A stretch of 17,433 nt of DNA, from the IMG/VR virus record IMGVR_UViG_3300035678_000001; one strand, 5' to 3'. The position numbers and the translations under genes are program-made. This document shows positions 1-8,428 of the stretch, piece after piece. Source of the stretch: a virus (taxonomy: Duplodnaviria > Heunggongvirae > Uroviricota > Caudoviricetes). The first letter of the stretch is position 1. Every line of letters begins with the position of its first letter. Under the pieces are notes generated by a model. That model saw only the letters and a program-made list of their open reading frames with translations. It was not told where the DNA came from and made no database searches.

Positions 1-173
1 CGACTGATGCTGTGAGCGTTCTCCGGGTTCTCCTCGGTCGGGTCAGGAACCGTGAGCAGCCAGGTCCAAGCGTTGACCTCGGCGTCGTACGAGCCGGTGA
101 CCTCTGCATCAGCAGGGGCTTCCGCCTTGATGGCGTCGATGACAGCCTGGGTCGTCGCGTCGGTGTCTGCCAT
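1..173 (-). CDS. Partial acidic hypothetical protein (runs off the left edge; not in the ORF track)
   Basis: ATG at 173 directly follows the TAG of the upstream gene (TAGATG). The frame is open to the window edge: MADTDATTQAVIDAIKAEAPADAEVTGSYDAEVNAWTWLLTVPDPTEENPENAHSIS..., with GC-rich third codon positions. Confidence 0.75.
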   Translation of the reverse strand, partial: MADTDATTQAVIDAIKAEAPADAEVTGSYDAEVNAWTWLLTVPDPTEENPENAHSIS

Positions 174-602
174 CTACAACTCCGTGATGGTGAGGGCGCC
201 CACGGCGTACGTCGCGGTGTCGCCGGTCTGGATGACCTTGGAGGCCGTGAGGTCGGCGCCGTAGAGGATCGAGCCGCCCGTGCTGGCGTCCACGAGGTAC
301 GCCGAGAGGATCGTTCCCCAGGCAGCGGTCGCGGTCGGAAACGTGAAGACCGTGCCGTTGCTCTTGGTCGCCGGGTTGCTGCCCGATGCTGCTGGGAAGT
401 TGGTGAGGTTCGCGGTGATGGCGACACGTGCGTACGCCGTGCCGGTGACCGACACCTCGTTCATGACAGAGCCAGTGGCCGAGGTCGAGAACGATGAGGT
501 GGACAGCGCCAGGTACAGCGTTGCCGGTGGTGTGAAGGTGATCGCGGACAACGCCAGATCGAGCATCGCTCGCTCGAAGTACGCGCTCTTGTTACCGGCC
601 AT
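174..602 (-). CDS. Small phage tail-fibre-associated structural protein (142 aa)
   Basis: RBS AGGAG upstream of the ATG. The pattern Y.E..ML...L....FT.PATLYLAL...EVS...YARVA....SN...FTFP.AT..WGTI....L.DA.TGG..LY...L...K.I..GD matches, from memory, a widespread phage tail-fibre-associated family. Confidence 0.75.
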   Translation of the reverse strand: MAGNKSAYFERAMLDLALSAITFTPPATLYLALSTSSFSTSATGSVMNEVSVTGTAYARVAITANLTNFPAASGSNPATKSNGTVFTFPTATAAWGTILSAYLVDASTGGSILYGADLTASKVIQTGDTATYAVGALTITEL

Positions 603-612
603 TCTCGTTCTC

Positions 613-1239
613 CTATTCCGTCCGAACCCAGGTGAGGGTAACGGTGATGACGCCCCCGTTGACGGCTGTCACGGAGATCGGGATGGAGGCACTTGGGGTG
701 CTCTCCTGGCTTGCTCCCTCCGGGATTGGAGCGAGCGGACCGGACAGCAAGATGGGCGCTGTCAGGTAGTCGAGGATGATGCCCATGCCCGGCCCCGGCG
801 GGGTCGAGATGGCACGCGCAACGTCGCTGTCGCGCTCGGCATCAGTGCCGTAGAGCCTTGTCCTGCAAGGGCTCGTGGACTCGATGTGCAGGATGCGGAA
901 GCCCTTGGCGAGAGTGATGTGGCCCTTCTCGACCGAGCCCGCCGTCATGTCCTGCGTGATGTACGAGGTCGTCTGTCGGCCCTGCAACCCACCGCCGTCG
1001 CCCGGCTTGAAGTTGCCGACGACGAGAGCGAAGGTCCACCCGCCGTACTGGCGGTCCACGTACCAGAACTCACCGACCTTGGGCACCTCGCCCTTGGCCC
1101 GCAGCACATCGGTGCGCACCTCCACGATGCGACCGAAGTCGTCACGGCAGATCGCGATGGACTTGCGGGAGTCCACCGTCTCGATGCGGACGCGCTTGTG
1201 CTCGAAGCCTCGACTGACGATGCCCTGGCCGGTCTTCAT
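613..1239 (-). CDS. Putative baseplate spike-like protein (short N-terminal OB-fold-like part plus C-terminal beta domain), 208 aa
   Basis: TGATG-coupled to the hub, in the position a spike gene normally occupies. The N-terminal ~75 aa are beta-rich and end in PKVGEFWYV, resembling the P.VGD.V.V motif of gpV/gp45-type spikes. Confidence 0.55.
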   Translation of the reverse strand: MKTGQGIVSRGFEHKRVRIETVDSRKSIAICRDDFGRIVEVRTDVLRAKGEVPKVGEFWYVDRQYGGWTFALVVGNFKPGDGGGLQGRQTTSYITQDMTAGSVEKGHITLAKGFRILHIESTSPCRTRLYGTDAERDSDVARAISTPPGPGMGIILDYLTAPILLSGPLAPIPEGASQESTPSASIPISVTAVNGGVITVTLTWVRTE

Positions 1240-4082
1240 CAGACACCGTTCCGCTCACGCTGGCGGTCCTCGGGCATGATCGCGCCGTGGGGCACCCCGA
1301 GCGTCGGGTCGTAGTACGGGTCAGCGGTGCGGATGGCCTGCTTGAAGTTGCCCGCCAGCGGCAGTCCGGCCATCAGGTCACGGCCAGCGCCCAGTCGTGC
1401 AGGCGAGGCGATGTTGACCTGGGTCGTGAAGCCGCCGCCCTCTCCGAACCGGAAGGAGTGAGTGACCGCCACGACGTATGCCTGGAAGTTGTACGCCGGG
1501 ATGCGCATGAGCATCCCTGGATACAACTCGGGCATGAAGGTGAGATCGACGTTGGCGTTGTATTGGTAGGCCCACTGGCGCATGAACAAGAACAGCGCCA
1601 TGAAGAACTCGCCCTTGGGACCGAAGATCCCGTTGAGCGGCTGGTAGTCCGGGCGAGGCCCGAACCGCTTGTAGACGGTGTTGACGAACGAGTCGTACAT
1701 GTCGTCGGTGAACTCAAGGCCGAACAGCGCCCGCATGATCGCCTTGATGTCGATGCTGGCGATGCCGACCGTGGTGACCTCGGGGCTGTGGATGACCCCC
1801 GAGAGGTCACCAGTCCCGGTGTCGAAGTTGGACTGGTACGCCTGCGTCACGAACTGGTGGGTGACGAAGTAGTCGTCCGACCACATGACCGTGAAGTCCA
1901 CCAACTCGATGGGCTCGATGCTCATGATGGCGGCGGTGCCCCACAGGCCGTAGTAGTCCGGGAACCACGCCATGAAGTCGCCGTTGGGGGCCGAGCAGAA
2001 CGACCGCAGCGACGAGTTCATCAGCGCCTTGATGTACGGGAAGATCGGCTCGTCGTTCAGCAGCGCACGGGCGCCGTTGAGCGTCTCGGACATCGCGTTG
2101 GCGCCCGCATCTTGGATGGGCTGCCACGACGTGTTGTTGAAGATCGAGTCGATGGGTGAGCCCGATGCCGGATCCACGTCGGTCAACGTGCCGGGCGCGG
2201 TCGAGAAGTCCTGGGTAGCGCGAGCGGCAGCCTCGGCCTGCAACTGACCGGGGCGGGGCGGCAGGTCGCCGTTGCGGTGCGGGTCGTTGGAGTTCGGGTC
2301 GTAGCCGGTCCGGTTGGGCGCCGTGCCGACAGGCGTCTCTCCGGTGAGCCCAGCGCCTGTGTAGTCGATGAACGGGAGCAGGAAGCCCCGGTCCCAGCCG
2401 CTGACCTTGTTGCCGTAGTGGAAGCCCGCGTGCGTGCCGGTGTGGAAGGCACCGATGCTGGTGCTGCCGTCGCCCAGGCTGACCTCGACGTGACCGTGGT
2501 CTGCGAACAGCAGCGCACCACGAGTCCGCAAGGCGGTCCCTACGGAGATCTCTGCGCTGCCGTTGGCGTTCTGGCGGCACAGATGCGCGATGGCGTCGGT
2601 GTTGCTGCCGTACGGCGGTGGGAGGCGTCCGGTGGCGTGCCAGTAGCACCAGAAGACGAACTCCGAGCAGTCAAGGGTGCTCGGGATGTCGCTGGTGATG
2701 TCAACCTTCCTGTTACCCCCCTGGCTGTACCTCACCTTGGCGTTGGTGATGAGCGCGAGTCCCTTGCGCACGAAGTCGTACGCCGTCGCGACACCAGTGC
2801 CCTGCGGTCCGACCTGGCCGCTCAACTGCCCGTTGAAGTTGCCCGAGTCGTTGGCGCCGACTGCACCGAGCGCGGCGACCGAGACGGGACCGAGCGGCAT
2901 CGACTGGTCTGCGAAGGCGATGTTGACGTTGGCGAGCGAGGTGTCCTTCGAGCCCTGCGGCAACAGCGCGGTGAGGGCTGCCGGGGACAGGTCGATGACC
3001 GCTGCGTCCTTGTTGTTCGTGTTCGGGCCGTAGTCCACGGCGCGTACGACGACAGCGGTCTGGGCGAGCGGGTTGGAGACGATGATCCGCTTGTTCTTCC
3101 ACCAGTTCATCGCCTTCTGGCGGTCCTTCTTGCTGACCCCAGGGGCGTTCTTGGCACCACTGCCGCCGTCAGCGTCCTTGTCGGCATACGGCCACCGCAT
3201 GGCGCAGTAGAAGTTGGTGCCGGGGATGTTCACCGCCGACAGGGCGCTCTCGCCGGTCAGAGCGAAGTGGCCGACCGCACTGGTGTCGGTGAGGCCGTTC
3301 ATGCGCCCGGTGAAGAAGGTGGCGCGGCCCGAGGTGGCCGGGAGAGCCCCGGTGCCGGGGATGGGCTTGCCCGTGGTCGGGTCGATGTTGTCCGGGGGCG
3401 CCTGGCCGTACGCAGAGGCGCCATCGGTGGCACCAGCGACGGACGGTCCGATGCCGAGCGCCTGGGCGATCTTCTGGACCTCGGCGTTGGCCGCGTTGGC
3501 GTCGTCCACGACCTCCTTGGCGATCTCGACGGCGAAGTTCAGCCAGTCGCGAGGCACCTGGGCGATGTGGACCTTCGAGGCGGGCCAGCCGACGACCGTC
3601 TCCAACAGCGCCTTGGCCGCGTTCTTGATGCCACCGTCCGGCGCGTACTTCTGCGCGCCACCGAACATGTGGTCCACGATCAACTGCCGAGAGGTCGAGA
3701 GCGTCGAGTCCCAGTAGAAGTATTGGAGCCGCTTGAGCGAGCACGAACTGCTGATCGGCACGACCCTCGGCCACGCAGTGAAGAACGGCGAGGAGTTGAC
3801 GTAGCCGGTGTAGACGCGCATCCACGTGACGCGCTTCATCATCACGTAGAGCCGGTCATTCGGGCTGAACAGGTTGTCGTACTTGCGGCCCTGGTTCTGC
3901 AAGGAGAAGTCGAAGGTCGAGGGCGCGTCCGAGCGGCGCACCATCGTGCCCTCCACGAGGTCCGCAGACACGTCGAGCAGCACGGGCTTGGCTTCGGTGG
4001 CGCGGCGCTTCGTCACCGGGTCCACAGCCTTGGTGGACTCGATGATGACCTGCACGCCGGGTGTGTAGATGAGGGTGGGCAT
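1239..4082 (-). CDS. Baseplate hub / tail-associated lysin (947 aa) with internal RlpA-like DPBB and NlpC/P60 domains
   Basis: Hub-like N-terminus (STFDFSLQN...NDRLYVMMKR...RVYTGYV) and C-terminus (VDLTFMPELYPGMLMRI...YVVAVTHSF...FTTQVNI). Internal AMRW...RIIVSN...VVRAVDYGP...IDLSPAA (DPBB, ~2915-3335). Internal YSQG...LDCSEFV...GALLF...HGHVEVSLGDG (NlpC/P60 Cys-His, ~2365-2795). Confidence 0.85.
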   Translation of the reverse strand: MPTLIYTPGVQVIIESTKAVDPVTKRRATEAKPVLLDVSADLVEGTMVRRSDAPSTFDFSLQNQGRKYDNLFSPNDRLYVMMKRVTWMRVYTGYVNSSPFFTAWPRVVPISSSCSLKRLQYFYWDSTLSTSRQLIVDHMFGGAQKYAPDGGIKNAAKALLETVVGWPASKVHIAQVPRDWLNFAVEIAKEVVDDANAANAEVQKIAQALGIGPSVAGATDGASAYGQAPPDNIDPTTGKPIPGTGALPATSGRATFFTGRMNGLTDTSAVGHFALTGESALSAVNIPGTNFYCAMRWPYADKDADGGSGAKNAPGVSKKDRQKAMNWWKNKRIIVSNPLAQTAVVVRAVDYGPNTNNKDAAVIDLSPAALTALLPQGSKDTSLANVNIAFADQSMPLGPVSVAALGAVGANDSGNFNGQLSGQVGPQGTGVATAYDFVRKGLALITNAKVRYSQGGNRKVDITSDIPSTLDCSEFVFWCYWHATGRLPPPYGSNTDAIAHLCRQNANGSAEISVGTALRTRGALLFADHGHVEVSLGDGSTSIGAFHTGTHAGFHYGNKVSGWDRGFLLPFIDYTGAGLTGETPVGTAPNRTGYDPNSNDPHRNGDLPPRPGQLQAEAAARATQDFSTAPGTLTDVDPASGSPIDSIFNNTSWQPIQDAGANAMSETLNGARALLNDEPIFPYIKALMNSSLRSFCSAPNGDFMAWFPDYYGLWGTAAIMSIEPIELVDFTVMWSDDYFVTHQFVTQAYQSNFDTGTGDLSGVIHSPEVTTVGIASIDIKAIMRALFGLEFTDDMYDSFVNTVYKRFGPRPDYQPLNGIFGPKGEFFMALFLFMRQWAYQYNANVDLTFMPELYPGMLMRIPAYNFQAYVVAVTHSFRFGEGGGFTTQVNIASPARLGAGRDLMAGLPLAGNFKQAIRTADPYYDPTLGVPHGAIMPEDRQRERNGV

Positions 4083-5038
4083 CAGACCAAGTTCCCTACG
4101 CGCTGCCCGCTGGCGTGATCGGCCACGTTGCCCGAGGTGAACACGTCGTACGTCGGGGTCTTGTCGTGCTTCCCGGAGCGGTAGGAGTAGCCGACGATGT
4201 TGCCGTTCTGCTTGATGGGCTGCGGCGGGTCCATCGAGTAGAGCGTGCTCTCGAAGGACACCCCGCCACCCGCGCCGTCGATGTGGACGAAGACCTGCTC
4301 CGGGATGGTCTTCTCGCTCGGACCCGCCGGGGTGTTGCGGGGCACGTTGTTGGTGTCGCCCTGCGCCCCAGAGGCGGGTGGGGGTGTCGGCGGCACGATG
4401 GGCGGCAGTTCTGCTGGCGCCGAAGGGGGATCGACCTGGGGGTCGGGCTCGGGAGCAGTGGGCTCGGCGTAGTCGCTGCCCATCTGCTCGCCCTGCAACT
4501 GCTTGCCGAACGGATAGAAGTAGGAAGTCTCGGGAGCGAGCCCGGCAGCCGTGCCGAACGAGTACGTCGAGAGCCGTGCTGCCGAGTTCTTCTCCAACGG
4601 GTTGCTGGTCGGCTCGAAGACGTACGGGATCTTCCAGACCATCGAGCCCACGTGGTCACCGAAGGAGATGCCGGTCAGCAGGATCCCCTTGCGCATGAAG
4701 CGGCGCTTCGGGATCGTCACCGTCATCGCTCGGTCGGTGCCGTGGTCGGACAACTGCGAGTCGTAGGTGAAGCCCGCGTACGCCATCATGAAGTCGCGGA
4801 AGTCGGTGAACTCGAAGTAGCCGTTGAGGATCACGACGATCTGGAACGGCAGCGGTGCCACCCGGTGCGGGTAGGCCGTACGACGGTCGCGACCGGCAGC
4901 CTCGTCCATCACCGGGCGCACGCCCCAGGTGATGCCCTCGACCCGGCAGGCGTAGGAGTACCGGATGCCGTGGTGGTACGACAGGGTGCAGTTGAGCCCT
5001 TGCCGCTGGGACAGCGGACGCTGCTTCATGGTGCTCAT
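4082..5038 (-). CDS. Putative baseplate / distal tail or tube-initiator-like protein with Pro-rich linker (318 aa)
   Basis: TGATG-coupled on both sides, located between the tape measure and hub genes. Globular N-terminal ~190 aa, Pro-rich linker, small C-terminal domain. Function assigned from synteny only. Confidence 0.55.
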   Translation of the reverse strand: MSTMKQRPLSQRQGLNCTLSYHHGIRYSYACRVEGITWGVRPVMDEAAGRDRRTAYPHRVAPLPFQIVVILNGYFEFTDFRDFMMAYAGFTYDSQLSDHGTDRAMTVTIPKRRFMRKGILLTGISFGDHVGSMVWKIPYVFEPTSNPLEKNSAARLSTYSFGTAAGLAPETSYFYPFGKQLQGEQMGSDYAEPTAPEPDPQVDPPSAPAELPPIVPPTPPPASGAQGDTNNVPRNTPAGPSEKTIPEQVFVHIDGAGGGVSFESTLYSMDPPQPIKQNGNIVGYSYRSGKHDKTPTYDVFTSGNVADHASGQRVGNLV

Positions 5039-5238
5039 CAGGCGGGCCGCTCGGGGGAGAACATGACGCGCTGCATCTCCTCGACACCGGCATCGGTGAT
5101 GTCGTGGAACAGCCCGTTGTTGGTGAAGACGAAGCCGAACATCGGCACCTGAATGTCGTCACCCTCGGGCGGCGGCATGGGCAGCGAGATGGGCACGTCG
5201 GAGGCCCAGGTGGGGCGCTCTGGCTGCGGCATGGTCAT
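5038..5238 (-). CDS. Small hypothetical protein (66 aa, MTMPQPERP...FSPERPA)
   Basis: ATG at 5238 overlaps the upstream stop (ATGA) and its TGA overlaps the downstream ATG (TGATG). It fills the gap exactly. It is only the 3' part of the 5038..5781 track ORF. Confidence 0.7.
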   Translation of the reverse strand: MTMPQPERPTWASDVPISLPMPPPEGDDIQVPMFGFVFTNNGLFHDITDAGVEEMQRVMFSPERPA

Positions 5239-6023
5239 GGCGCGGCCAGCGGGTTGTGGTTGGTCGGCGTCGGCGTCGTGCTGCCAGCCAGGATGGGTGC
5301 TAGTTGCGGGGTGGCCGGAGTGGGCGTGCTCGGGCTGCCATCGGTGCTGCCGGGGTTGGTGCCGGGGTCGGGCGGCACAGCCGAGCCGAGCATCGCGCTG
5401 GCAACCGAGCCGCCGGAATACTTGCCCACCGTGGCGCGGTCCCACGAGATGCCCTGGCTGATGCGAGCGATGTAGTCGTCGGCTGCCTGCGCCGCCTTGC
5501 CCTGCAAGATGTTCAGCGACGAGTTGTCCTGCACGAGGAACAGCGTCAGCACGTACTCGTAGGAGAACTTCCCGGTCTTGTGGGTGATCGAGCCACCATC
5601 CGGGTCCGCGATGTCCTTGACGTAGCAGAGGAAGTCCCAGCCATACATCGGGAAGGTGAAGCGCAGGAACGGGTTGACCTTGCCGGGATCCACGGGCCTG
5701 CTCGTCATCGGCACCGGGTTGTTCGCCTGGTACTCCGCGAGCGACTCGATCTGCTTCACGAACGCCTCGGCCAACCGCCACGAGCGACCAGGGCCGTCGT
5801 CAGTCCCCTTGGCGACACCCGGCTTGGCCCGGTCCTCGCCGTACGAGCCCCGGATCTGCATGTCGGACAGGGTGGCGCCGAGCACCTGCACCACACGACC
5901 GCCGAGGGTGTCGATGACGGTGTGGTTGATCTGGAAGTTCCAGTCCACCGAGTTCGGGTTGATGCGGAACGTGACGGTCTGCTTGCCGTCCGCCCGACCG
6001 ATGGTCGCGAGTGCCGTGCTCAT
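5235..6023 (-). CDS. Putative tail tube initiator / baseplate protein (262 aa)
   Basis: ATGA-coupled to the tape measure gene. The N-terminus TVTFRINPNSVDWNF......TLGGRVVQ.LG..LSDMQIRGS resembles tube-initiator proteins of contractile tails. Pro/Thr-rich C-terminal tail. Confidence 0.65.
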   Translation of the reverse strand: MSTALATIGRADGKQTVTFRINPNSVDWNFQINHTVIDTLGGRVVQVLGATLSDMQIRGSYGEDRAKPGVAKGTDDGPGRSWRLAEAFVKQIESLAEYQANNPVPMTSRPVDPGKVNPFLRFTFPMYGWDFLCYVKDIADPDGGSITHKTGKFSYEYVLTLFLVQDNSSLNILQGKAAQAADDYIARISQGISWDRATVGKYSGGSVASAMLGSAVPPDPGTNPGSTDGSPSTPTPATPQLAPILAGSTTPTPTNHNPLAAP

Positions 6024-8428
6024 GGCGAGGTCGCGTAGTCGGAGGTGCCGGGCCGGGCGCTCGGGTTGTTGATGGTCGGGCTGGTCGGCGGCAGACCAGT
6101 ACCAGTGCCCGCAGAGCCGGTGCCCATCATGACCTTGAACATCTGGTCGAAGGGCGGCGCCACGATGATCGTGCCGGACACCGGGTGGTCGCCCTTCTTC
6201 TTGTGGTGCTTGTTGTAGTCCGACTCCTTCTCGCCGGACTTGCTCGCGCTCACCTCGTCCGAGAAGTCGATCCCCTGCATCCCGAGCCCGGTGACCTGCT
6301 GCACCGTCTGCCCGCTGATGTCGGTGCCGTCGCTGTTCTTGGTGCCCACGGCGAAGCGGACCTTGCCGCTGTCCAACTCCTTGCGGTAGTCGCGCTGGGC
6401 CTGCTCCATCGAGACGACCTTGTTGCCGTCCTTGGTCTGCACGACCACGCGAGCCTTGTCGGCGTTGTCCCCGAGCGACTTGTAGATGCCCTCGATCACG
6501 GTGTCGCGCTTGCCGGTGCGACCCACCGAGGACAGGTACTGGCGCATGTCGCCCGACTGCATCCCGAGGTCCATCAACTGCTTGGTGGACATGATGTTGC
6601 GGGCGTGCTTCCCATCCATCGGGCCACCGACGTAGTTGCCGGTCTTCGCGTCCACGATGCCGCTCTGGGCGATCTTGTCGGCAGCCTGCGCGGCGACACC
6701 GTTGCCGGTCATGTTCTGGATGACGTAGGCCCAGGCGTTGGCCTGCGTGATGCCGGTGGCGCCGGTCTGCTGCAACAGGTCCACGAGCATCCCGAGGTCC
6801 ATGAGCCCCTGGCTCTGCACGTCCTCGGCCACGGTGTTCACGAGTTCGGGGTTGCCTCGCAGCGCCTGCGGTCCGCCGTACTTGTCCACGGTCGCGGCGA
6901 CCTGACGCAGCACCGAGTCCGGGATCGAGTTCTGGATGACTTGGTTGATGTTCTTCTGGACGGCGTTGAAGTAGCCGGTCGGGTTGCGGATCGCCATGCC
7001 CTGGAACTGGCCGGGCGACATGCCGCTCTGGGCCGCGAGCCGGTACTGCATCTGGCGGCTGTTGAGGCCCGAGTAGTCCACGTTGTTGAAGGTGCGCCCG
7101 TACGACGTGACGGTGCTGGTGAGCACGTCAGCCTGGGTGGAGGCCGCAGCGCCCATGCCCATCGCGGTCGTCTGGTCGAACATCTTGATGAACTTGTCGC
7201 GAGCCATCTCGGCGTTGACCCCGGCCTGGTTCGCGGCCTTGGAGACATCGAAGATCGCGTGGCTCAACTGGGCGAACGAGGTGACGCCGTTGCGGGTCGC
7301 AGCGGCCAGCGTCTGGGCCTCCTGCTCCACGTCCATGCCACGGTTCTTCGTCTCGTGGTACATCCACTGCGTGGCCGCGCCGCGCTTGTCGCCCCGGTAG
7401 CCCAACTCGGTCGCGGCGTAGAACTGCTCCTGCGCCTCCTTGGACGACTCGAACGGCGTCTGCAAGTGGCTCCACGTCCACTCGTGGAAGCGGTCCTTGG
7501 TCGCAGAGGCCGCGCTGCTGCCGGTGATCCGCTGGTACTCACGGTTCTGGTCCAACTGGCCCAGGAACTCGTTGTAGCCCTTGTTGAGCACCTCGCCAGC
7601 CATGATGACCTCGCCCAGGACGGGCACCTCGCGCAGGCCCATCATCAGCCCGGCTCGGGTGCCGCCCGACTTGGCGATGGCGCCGCCGACGTGCTTGAGC
7701 GCCTGGTTGCGGGCCATGTTGCCGAGCATCCGGCTGCCACGCCCACCGCCACCACCGCCAGGACCGCCCCCAGGACCGCCAGGGACGCCACCAGCGCCCG
7801 CAGGCGTGCCAGGGGGAGGCCCGCCCGTCCCGACGCCACCAGAGCCGCCAGGGGTGCCAGCACCGCCCGCTCCGGCAGGGAGCGGCATCGTGTCCTCGGG
7901 GGACATGTCGGTCATCGAGGCTGCACCCATGCCCAGGCCAGCAGGCGGGTTGCCGAACTGCCGGTAGGTGGCCGAGTTGACCTCGGTGCCCGACTCGGGA
8001 TCCCAGTAGTCCACGCCACCAGCCCGGCTGGCGATGGCCTCACCAAGACGCTGGGCGGTCGCCCGCTTGACGTAGGCCATGTTCGAGCGCATCAGCACCG
8101 GGTCCACGTGGCCCATGCGCGTCATGCCCGCCAGGAAGCCCGGAGCAGGCCCGTGACCGGCGCCAGGCTGCGGGACGTTGGCGAGCAGGTGGGCAGCGGC
8201 CTGGGAGCCACGGTCGCCTCGAAGGGTGCCCTCCATCGACAACGAGGTCATCGTCATCTGCTGGGTTTCCTTCTGGATCTGCACCAACTGCTCGATGCCT
8301 TGGATCAGCACCGACATCGGGTCGTGCCCGGCGCCCGCCCCTGCCGGGACGGTGGAGCCAGCAGCATCGGTTTCGAGTTCGCCTCGCGCCCGCTGGTGGC
8401 GGGCGGCGTCTCCACTGGGGATCGTCAC
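6020..8428 (-). CDS. Tape measure protein (802 aa)
   Basis: Long Ala/Gly/Gln/Met-rich, helical-looking ORF directly after the frameshifted chaperone pair (GTG start overlapping the upstream TGA). This is the canonical tape measure position. Confidence 0.85.
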   Translation of the reverse strand: MTIPSGDAARHQRARGELETDAAGSTVPAGAGAGHDPMSVLIQGIEQLVQIQKETQQMTMTSLSMEGTLRGDRGSQAAAHLLANVPQPGAGHGPAPGFLAGMTRMGHVDPVLMRSNMAYVKRATAQRLGEAIASRAGGVDYWDPESGTEVNSATYRQFGNPPAGLGMGAASMTDMSPEDTMPLPAGAGGAGTPGGSGGVGTGGPPPGTPAGAGGVPGGPGGGPGGGGGGRGSRMLGNMARNQALKHVGGAIAKSGGTRAGLMMGLREVPVLGEVIMAGEVLNKGYNEFLGQLDQNREYQRITGSSAASATKDRFHEWTWSHLQTPFESSKEAQEQFYAATELGYRGDKRGAATQWMYHETKNRGMDVEQEAQTLAAATRNGVTSFAQLSHAIFDVSKAANQAGVNAEMARDKFIKMFDQTTAMGMGAAASTQADVLTSTVTSYGRTFNNVDYSGLNSRQMQYRLAAQSGMSPGQFQGMAIRNPTGYFNAVQKNINQVIQNSIPDSVLRQVAATVDKYGGPQALRGNPELVNTVAEDVQSQGLMDLGMLVDLLQQTGATGITQANAWAYVIQNMTGNGVAAQAADKIAQSGIVDAKTGNYVGGPMDGKHARNIMSTKQLMDLGMQSGDMRQYLSSVGRTGKRDTVIEGIYKSLGDNADKARVVVQTKDGNKVVSMEQAQRDYRKELDSGKVRFAVGTKNSDGTDISGQTVQQVTGLGMQGIDFSDEVSASKSGEKESDYNKHHKKKGDHPVSGTIIVAPPFDQMFKVMMGTGSAGTGTGLPPTSPTINNPSARPGTSDYATSP

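Noticed and set aside
2277-4118. 613-aa plus-strand ORF and the other long plus-strand or alternate-frame ORFs (e.g. 280..1314, 1287..2159, 4115..5152)
   Set aside because: They overlap well-supported minus-strand genes and have shadow-frame composition.
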